From assembly GCA_019358935.1 (NCBI GenBank), contig JAHHIK010000010.1, positions 42,188 through 106,187 of the forward strand: 64,000 nucleotides of DNA, in the 5' to 3' direction. The notes below the pieces were generated by a model. It saw only the letters and a program-made list of their open reading frames with translations, ran no database searches and was not told the origin of the DNA. Origin of the DNA: Tolypothrix carrinoi HA7290-LM1 (GTDB taxonomy: Bacteria > Cyanobacteriota > Cyanobacteriia > Cyanobacteriales > Nostocaceae). Below are positions 58,293-64,000 of the stretch, piece by piece (the first letter of the stretch is position 1; each line of letters starts with the position of its first letter). The position numbers and the translations under genes are program-made.

Positions 58293-59755
58293 TTTTCCCC
58301 ATCATAATTATCCGCCCATTCGGGAGTGCCGCTGAGAATTTTTCTAAGTTTGCTGAGTGGTTTACCTACCTTGATACCGTAACGAGTTAGCTCAATTTCC
58401 CGTAATGTTTTTTCAAAGTCGGACAAGCGTTTCTTTAAAACGCCGATCGCTTTCCGCATTTCTCCTTTAATTTCTAAATAGCGTAGGAAAATGATATTAT
58501 CTGCAATGTAGCTGATCCCAACATCAGTTGCTCGAAATTCACCAGTGATGCGTTCCATCTCGTTAACTACAATCACCGTCACACCCATATTTTGCAAATA
58601 TTTGCATAAAGCGTGCAAATTGGTAATTAAATTGTCACCGCGCACCGCCAATTGATAACCAGCAACGCTGTCAATCATCACAATCCGCGCTTGTCTCTCT
58701 TCTACCTCTTCACGCACCAAACTAGCGAATTCATCAGCGCTCAATTGCAATGGATCGATTGGCACAACTGACAGCGTGCCGAATTTAATCATAGCGTGAA
58801 CTGGAATATTAACGCTTTCAGAACGAGCCACCAGAGTTTCTTCGGTTTCCTCAAAAGTGTAAACTACCGATCGCTCTCCTCGTCCAGCAGCTTCTTTCAT
58901 AAACTGAAGTCCAATCGTAGTTTTGCCCACACCAGTAGGACCAGTTAAAAGAGTCACCGTCCCGCGCTCTAAACCACCGTGCAACAGTTGATCTAATTCT
59001 GGTACACCAGAGGCAACAGCCTGATTAGTATAGTCGCGTTTGTAATTTTCTGGTTGCAGACGGGGGAAGATTTGCATTCCTTTATCGGTTAAGCGCACCG
59101 CATGAAAACCACTGCGGAAGTCAGAACCGCGAAACTTGGTAACTTGCAGCGTCCTGCCTTTGCTATTGTTATGCAGGTGAATCACACCATCGCTCATAAA
59201 TTGTAAATCTTCGTCGGGAGCAGATCGGCTCGCTTCAGAAGTGAAAATTACCGTCGCACCAGCTTCTAACAAATAGCGCATGAATGACAGCACTTGTTTG
59301 CGAAACTGAAAAGCGTCAGTAGACATGTAGCGAAATTGAGTTATCGCATCCAAAAACACTCGCTGGGGTTTAATCGCATCCAGAGACTCGATTAATTTTT
59401 GAGTAGTTGGTTCTCGCTCTACCTCCGCTGGAGAGAAAATATCATAAGTTTCCATTTGGCTGAAAAATTCCGCAGATGGGCTGAGATCCAAAAAGTGCAT
59501 CGCTTCGGTGTTTAAACCAATCGCTGCACCATTACTTTTTATTTGTTCTGCGGGTTCTCCGAAAGTTATATACATACTCGGTTCATCGTTAGCTAGACCC
59601 ACCGAGAGAAAATGCAGCCCTAGTGTAGTTTTACCAGAACCTGGACCGCCGCGCACCAAATAAGCTCGACCTGGGATAAAACCACCATGCAGAACTTCGT
59701 CAAAACCTCGTATTCCCGTAGAGAGACGCTTTTGATTCATTTGTAAAATTTCCAT
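58289..59755 (-). CDS. KaiC-like double-domain RecA-family ATPase (non-clock type)
   Basis: Two Walker A motifs (GGPGSGKT, GPTGVGKT), plus STG..GFDE.L.GG, KFRGS and ISYIADNI. Confidence 0.9.
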   Translation of the reverse strand: MEILQMNQKRLSTGIRGFDEVLHGGFIPGRAYLVRGGPGSGKTTLGLHFLSVGLANDEPSMYITFGEPAEQIKSNGAAIGLNTEAMHFLDLSPSAEFFSQMETYDIFSPAEVEREPTTQKLIESLDAIKPQRVFLDAITQFRYMSTDAFQFRKQVLSFMRYLLEAGATVIFTSEASRSAPDEDLQFMSDGVIHLHNNSKGRTLQVTKFRGSDFRSGFHAVRLTDKGMQIFPRLQPENYKRDYTNQAVASGVPELDQLLHGGLERGTVTLLTGPTGVGKTTIGLQFMKEAAGRGERSVVYTFEETEETLVARSESVNIPVHAMIKFGTLSVVPIDPLQLSADEFASLVREEVEERQARIVMIDSVAGYQLAVRGDNLITNLHALCKYLQNMGVTVIVVNEMERITGEFRATDVGISYIADNIIFLRYLEIKGEMRKAIGVLKKRLSDFEKTLREIELTRYGIKVGKPLSKLRKILSGTPEWADNYDGEK

Positions 59756-59933
59756 TAACAAACTCCACCACTGTCGGGGTGGAGTTGAAAAAAGTTTGTA
59801 CCCATTAGATTGATACCATAAATCTTACAAATGTTTATTCTAAAGCTGGTTGGGAAATCCTCACTGGCTGTCAGGCTCAGATTGATAGAATTGAAGTAGT
59901 AGCACTACTGTTCAATCTAGCCGAATTAGAAAC

Positions 59934-60500
59934 ATGCCTTCAAGTTGCATTTCTGTTGAGAAAAAAAAGTTAAAAAATCCGCCTTTGTCACTTCACTATC
60001 TAGGCGATCGCGTTTTGCGTCAACCCGCGAAGCGCATTGCCAAAGTCGATGACGAACTTCGCCAACTGATACGCGAAATGCTGCAAACTATGTACAGCAA
60101 AGATGGCATTGGTTTAGCTGCACCGCAAGTTGCAGTTAACAAACAACTAATTGTCATCGACTGCGAACCAGAGAATGCAGCTAATCCGCCACTAGTTTTA
60201 ATTAACCCGACAATAAAACAGGTAAGTCGTGATATAGTTGTTGCTCAAGAAGGATGTTTGAGCATTCCCAACGTATATATAGATGTCAAGCGCCCAGAAG
60301 TTGTGGAAGTTGCATACAAAGATGAGAACGGGCGCCCTCGGACATTGAAAGCAGGGGATTTACTCGGACGCTGCATTCAGCACGAGATGGATCACCTCAA
60401 CGGAGTGCTGTTTGTAGATCGGGTAGAAAATTCTTTGACGTTGAACGAGGAGTTATCCAAATATGGCTTCTCCTATCAAGCTGTGAAACCAGTAGCATAA
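59934..60500 (+). CDS. def: Peptide deformylase
   Basis: Motifs GIGLAAPQ, EGCLS and QHEMDHLNG. Confidence 0.97.
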   Translation: MPSSCISVEKKKLKNPPLSLHYLGDRVLRQPAKRIAKVDDELRQLIREMLQTMYSKDGIGLAAPQVAVNKQLIVIDCEPENAANPPLVLINPTIKQVSRDIVVAQEGCLSIPNVYIDVKRPEVVEVAYKDENGRPRTLKAGDLLGRCIQHEMDHLNGVLFVDRVENSLTLNEELSKYGFSYQAVKPVA

Positions 60501-60513
60501 GGTAGTGTGAAGT

Positions 60514-60717
60514 ATGATGATGACTCCAAAAAGCGGACTGTTTTTAGCAGGTTGTTGTGTAACAGCGATCGCCGGTGTCGGTTCAGTTTTTGAACTTACT
60601 TCCGGACAACCCGATTTAGGTATGCAAACAACCGCAATTATTTTGGCATTAAGCATTCCCCTCACCGGATTATTTTTCTTTGCCGCAGTGCGAGATACAA
60701 AGGCTAACATTAAATAA
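60514..60717 (+). CDS. Small two-TM hypothetical protein
   Basis: Hydrophobic 67-aa ORF directly after def. Confidence 0.7.
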   Translation: MMMTPKSGLFLAGCCVTAIAGVGSVFELTSGQPDLGMQTTAIILALSIPLTGLFFFAAVRDTKANIK

Positions 60718-60731
60718 GCATCAGGTACATA

Positions 60732-61030
60732 GAAAGGTAAAAGGTAAAAGGATGGACGGAATTTATTCTTTACCTTTTACCTTTTATTTTTTTGCTGGGC
60801 AATGGGCAATGGGCAGGAGGAAGGGAGACAAGGGGACAAGGAGACAAGGGGACAAGGAGACAAGGAAGACAAGGAAGACAAGGAGGACAAGGAGGACAAG
60901 GGGACAAGGGGACAAGGTGAATTTTCTTTGTTGTCTCCCTGTCTCCCTGTCTCCCTATCTCCCTGTCTCCCTGTCTCCCCATCCCCCCCTCTCCCCATCC
61001 CCCCCTCTCCCCATTCCCCATTCCCCAGTC
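60732..61030. repeat. STRR arrays in inverted pairs (AAAGGTA/TACCTTT; GGACAAGG-type/CCCTGTCT)
   Basis: Tandem 7-9-mers read directly from the sequence. Confidence 0.85.
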
Positions 61031-61045
61031 CCCTAAAATAGAATC

Positions 61046-61876
61046 ATGCTTTCAACTCAACCTCAACTACTGCGACTTTCTCAAGGGCAACTCAACTTAC
61101 TAGAACGTTGTCCCCGTCAGTTTCAACACACCTATTTACAACAACTCAATTCTCCCTTAGATCCAGAACACCAAGAACGGCAAACTTTAGGTAGTCGCTT
61201 TCACCGGCTAATGCAGCAGCAAGAAATGGGTTTGCCAATTGACGGTTTTCTGCAAGAAGACGCGCAACTACAAAGCTGGATGTCAGCTTTTGCCAATGCA
61301 GCACCAGAAATTTTAACTTCTGCCAATAGCGAAGCTTTCCGCGACAGCGAACATTACCGCACTCTGCAAGTTCAAAATTATCTGCTCACAGTTATTTATG
61401 ATTTATTGATTGCAGATAACCTGCAAGCGCAAATTCTCGATTGGAAAACTTATCCCAAACCGCCAAACAAACGCAAGTTAGAAAAAAATTGGCAGACACG
61501 TCTTTATATGTATGTGTTGGCGCAAACCAGCGAATATCCACCAGAAAATATTTCTATGACTTACTGGTTTGTCCAATCTGAAGGCAAACCGCAAAGTATT
61601 AAATTTAGTTACAGTACTGCCGCACACGAACAAACAGCAAGAAAGCTAAATCAGCTATTAAGCAAGTTAACTAATTGGTTAGAACGTTATCAACAGGGAG
61701 AAGAATTTCCGCAAGTAGCTTTATGTAACAAAGCTTGTGAATATTGTCAGTTTACCACTCGATGCGATCGCGATCGCACACAAACCTCTACTGATATCAT
61801 ATCTGCGGCAAATCCCACTTATAGCATAGACAACACCCTACTCAATCTCGCTACTATTCAAGAAGTCTCGTTGTGA
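61046..61876 (+). CDS. PD-(D/E)XK nuclease family protein (AddB/Cas4-like)
   Basis: LSQ..L...ERCPR, G..FH, YDLL...ILDWKT, Q..LY.Y and C.YC.F...C. Confidence 0.85.
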   Translation: MLSTQPQLLRLSQGQLNLLERCPRQFQHTYLQQLNSPLDPEHQERQTLGSRFHRLMQQQEMGLPIDGFLQEDAQLQSWMSAFANAAPEILTSANSEAFRDSEHYRTLQVQNYLLTVIYDLLIADNLQAQILDWKTYPKPPNKRKLEKNWQTRLYMYVLAQTSEYPPENISMTYWFVQSEGKPQSIKFSYSTAAHEQTARKLNQLLSKLTNWLERYQQGEEFPQVALCNKACEYCQFTTRCDRDRTQTSTDIISAANPTYSIDNTLLNLATIQEVSL

Positions 61877-61879
61877 AGA

Positions 61880-61965
61880 GACAAGGGGGACAAGGGGGAC
61901 TAGGGGACAAGGGGGACTAGGGGGACAAGGGGGACAACAACTAACAACTAACCACTAACACTTAA
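61880..61965. repeat. STRR arrays (GACAAGGGG; ACTAACA)
   Basis: Tandem repeats between the nuclease and GNAT genes. Confidence 0.75.
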
Positions 61966-61984
61966 CTAATAACTAAATTATTAT

Positions 61985-62623
61985 ATGCACTCCGATGAAT
62001 TTGATGCGGTTTATGTCCGCGAATTAGGAATTGATGACATTGCCCCGGTTTACCACTTGGGGGAAAAGTTATTTACTAGCGAGTTATACCCCTATTTATA
62101 CCGGACTTGGGATGAATGGGAGGTAATTGGACTTTACAACACAGATCCAGAATACTGTTTGGTTGCGGAAATCGATGAGGAAGTAGCCGGATTTATTTTG
62201 GGAACCATCATCACCAAAGCATCCTGGACTTACGGCTATATTCTCTGGTTAGGAGTTAATCCCAACTTTCAACGTCGGGGAGTTGCCGATAAGCTGGTTG
62301 ATAAAGTCGTCGCACGCATGATTGAAGATGGAGCGCGGTTCATGTTGGTAGACACCGATCCGACAAATGTACCAGCAGTGAAGTTTTTTAACCGCAAAGG
62401 TTTTGGAAATATCCGCCAGCATATTTTCTTGTCGATGAATTTAAGCAAGCACGATTATTATGGCAGACTAATTGATTATGAGCATCAAAAAGCAGAAAGA
62501 GCAGGTTATAGGCGATCGCGTCCAGCCATTCGTCCACGCAAACCTGATGGAATTACGAATGAAGTAATCCTCAATCCCCTCGTCAACGAACCTCAAACAA
62601 CCGACGAACAAAGTCCGATTTAG
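61985..62623 (+). CDS. GNAT family N-acetyltransferase
   Basis: LGVNPNFQRRGVA (acetyl-CoA motif A) and N.PAVKFF.RKGF. Confidence 0.9.
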   Translation: MHSDEFDAVYVRELGIDDIAPVYHLGEKLFTSELYPYLYRTWDEWEVIGLYNTDPEYCLVAEIDEEVAGFILGTIITKASWTYGYILWLGVNPNFQRRGVADKLVDKVVARMIEDGARFMLVDTDPTNVPAVKFFNRKGFGNIRQHIFLSMNLSKHDYYGRLIDYEHQKAERAGYRRSRPAIRPRKPDGITNEVILNPLVNEPQTTDEQSPI

Positions 62624-62647
62624 ATTATTAATTTTTAATTTATTTAA

Positions 62648-64000
62648 ATGCAACAGCAGTGGAATATTGTCGCAACCGAACAACCCCCAGAATCATTCAT
62701 CGAAGCGGTAAAACACTACACCCCCAATAAAAGCGGACATTACGCAGCGCAATTATTATGGCAACGAGGCATCAAAGACACAACACAATTAGCAGAGTTT
62801 GTCAACCCTCAAGCTTATCAACCCGCAAGTCCGTTTGAGTTTGGCGAAGAAATGCTGCTAGCGGTGAGACGTTTGAAACAAGCGCGGGATGAAAAGGAAA
62901 AAATCGTTATTTGGGGAGACTTTGATGCTGATGGTATCACCTCTACTGCGGTGCTGTGGGATGGTTTAGGACAGTTTTTTCCACAGAATACGCAACTTAA
63001 TTACTACATCCCCAACCGATTAACAGAATCCCACGGACTGAATATTCAAGGCATTGATAAGCTGGCAAAACAAGCTTGCAAATTAATAGTTACTTGCGAC
63101 ACCGGCAGCACAAACATCAGTGAAATTATTTATGCTCAACAGCAAGGCATAGATATTATTGTTACAGACCATCACACATTACCAGCTGAACGCCCACCAG
63201 TCACAGCAATTATCAATCCGCGCTATCTGCCAAATACAAATCCATTATTTCATCTTTCTGGGGTGGCGGTAGCTTACAAGTTGGTTGAAGCGCTTTATCA
63301 AAGCTTACCGAAAGTACCTCAACAACCACTAGAAGATTTATTAGATTTAGTGGCAGTGGGATTAATTGCGGATTTAGTGCAGCTAAGTGGAGATTGTCGC
63401 TACTTAGCGCAGTTGGGAATTCAAAAATTGCAAGAAGACTTTAAACAGCTTCCAGCAACGAGAAGGCGTCCGGGGGTAGGGCGATTATTAGAATTATGCC
63501 AGAAAAGTGGCGATCGCCCTACAGATATTTCCTTTGGTTTGGGTCCACGAATCAACGCTGTCAGCCGCATTCAAGGCGATGCTTCTTTTTGTGTAGAACT
63601 ACTGACCAGTCGCGACCAAAAGCGCGTAAATAAACTAGCAGAAGAAACAGAATTAGCAAACAGCCGCCGTAAATCTTTACAGAAAGACGTTGCCCAACAA
63701 GTAACTCAAAAGCTTGCCCAGATAGACTTATCAACCACCAGCGTCATCGTTTTAGAAGATCCTCAATGGGCAGTTGGTGTCTTAGGTTTAGTAGCTGGGC
63801 AAGTAGCACAAGAGACAGGACGACCGACGATTTTGTTGAGTACGGAGGGTGTGGGAATAGAGGACAAGGAAGACAAGGGGGACAAGGGGGATAAGGGGGA
63901 CAAGGGGGACAAGGGGGACAAGGGGGACAAGGGGGACAAGGAGGACAAGGAGGAATTTCTCCCTTGTCTGCCCCCGGGCCGGGGGCGCCGGGGGGGGCCC
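62648..64000 (+). CDS. recJ: Single-stranded-DNA exonuclease RecJ, runs off the window end (absent from the ORF track)
   Basis: Translation from ATG 62648 gives IWGDFDADGITST, YYIPNR..ESHGL, VTCDTG, VTDHH, SGVAVAYKL and GPRINA. Confidence 0.93.
   Translation, partial: MQQQWNIVATEQPPESFIEAVKHYTPNKSGHYAAQLLWQRGIKDTTQLAEFVNPQAYQPASPFEFGEEMLLAVRRLKQARDEKEKIVIWGDFDADGITSTAVLWDGLGQFFPQNTQLNYYIPNRLTESHGLNIQGIDKLAKQACKLIVTCDTGSTNISEIIYAQQQGIDIIVTDHHTLPAERPPVTAIINPRYLPNTNPLFHLSGVAVAYKLVEALYQSLPKVPQQPLEDLLDLVAVGLIADLVQLSGDCRYLAQLGIQKLQEDFKQLPATRRRPGVGRLLELCQKSGDRPTDISFGLGPRINAVSRIQGDASFCVELLTSRDQKRVNKLAEETELANSRRKSLQKDVAQQVTQKLAQIDLSTTSVIVLEDPQWAVGVLGLVAGQVAQETGRPTILLSTEGVGIEDKEDKGDKGDKGDKGDKGDKGDKGDKEDKEEFLPCLPPGRGRRGGP
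63860..63954 (+). repeat. In-frame 9-bp repeat (GGGGACAAG, Gly-Asp-Lys) inside recJ
   Basis: Reads EDKEDKGDKGDK...EDKEE in the recJ frame. Confidence 0.85.

Noticed and set aside
58289..59755. Calling this gene the circadian clock kaiC
   Set aside because: There are no adjacent kaiA or kaiB genes, it has SY rather than ST phosphosites, and it lacks the C-terminal tail.
60680..61041. Four short ORFs between the small TM gene and the nuclease
   Set aside because: They are low-complexity repeat translations.

Overview
A 64-kb chromosomal window from a filamentous, very likely heterocyst-forming cyanobacterium (Nostocales-like). The evidence is dense HIP1 octamers (GCGATCGC), heptamer/nonamer STRR arrays, SDR-type mini-repeats, and NtcA and SufR sites. 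The housekeeping backbone is sufR/sufBCDS, gmd-fcl with nearby sugar transferases, a Wzx/Wzy-type exopolysaccharide cluster, pgsA, aspA, ppa, panD, ntcB-cnaT, def and a partial recJ. Accessory features: (i) a translationally coupled P-loop ATPase plus a 2066-aa TPR-STAND-TM-WD40 gene, bracketed by direct repeats of a decayed toxin-antitoxin locus; (ii) a non-clock KaiC-like ATPase / receiver / pseudo-receiver histidine kinase operon; (iii) many very small mobile elements, nested in each other, inserted in HIP1 sites, inserted in frame in genes (sufD, an antitoxin) or disrupting genes (an Rpn-like gene, a metal-dependent hydrolase); (iv) a probable NsiR4 sRNA and a probable Yfr1 target site. 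No rRNA, tRNA, CRISPR array or autonomous transposase was recognised. All family assignments come from motif recognition by eye, not from database searches.
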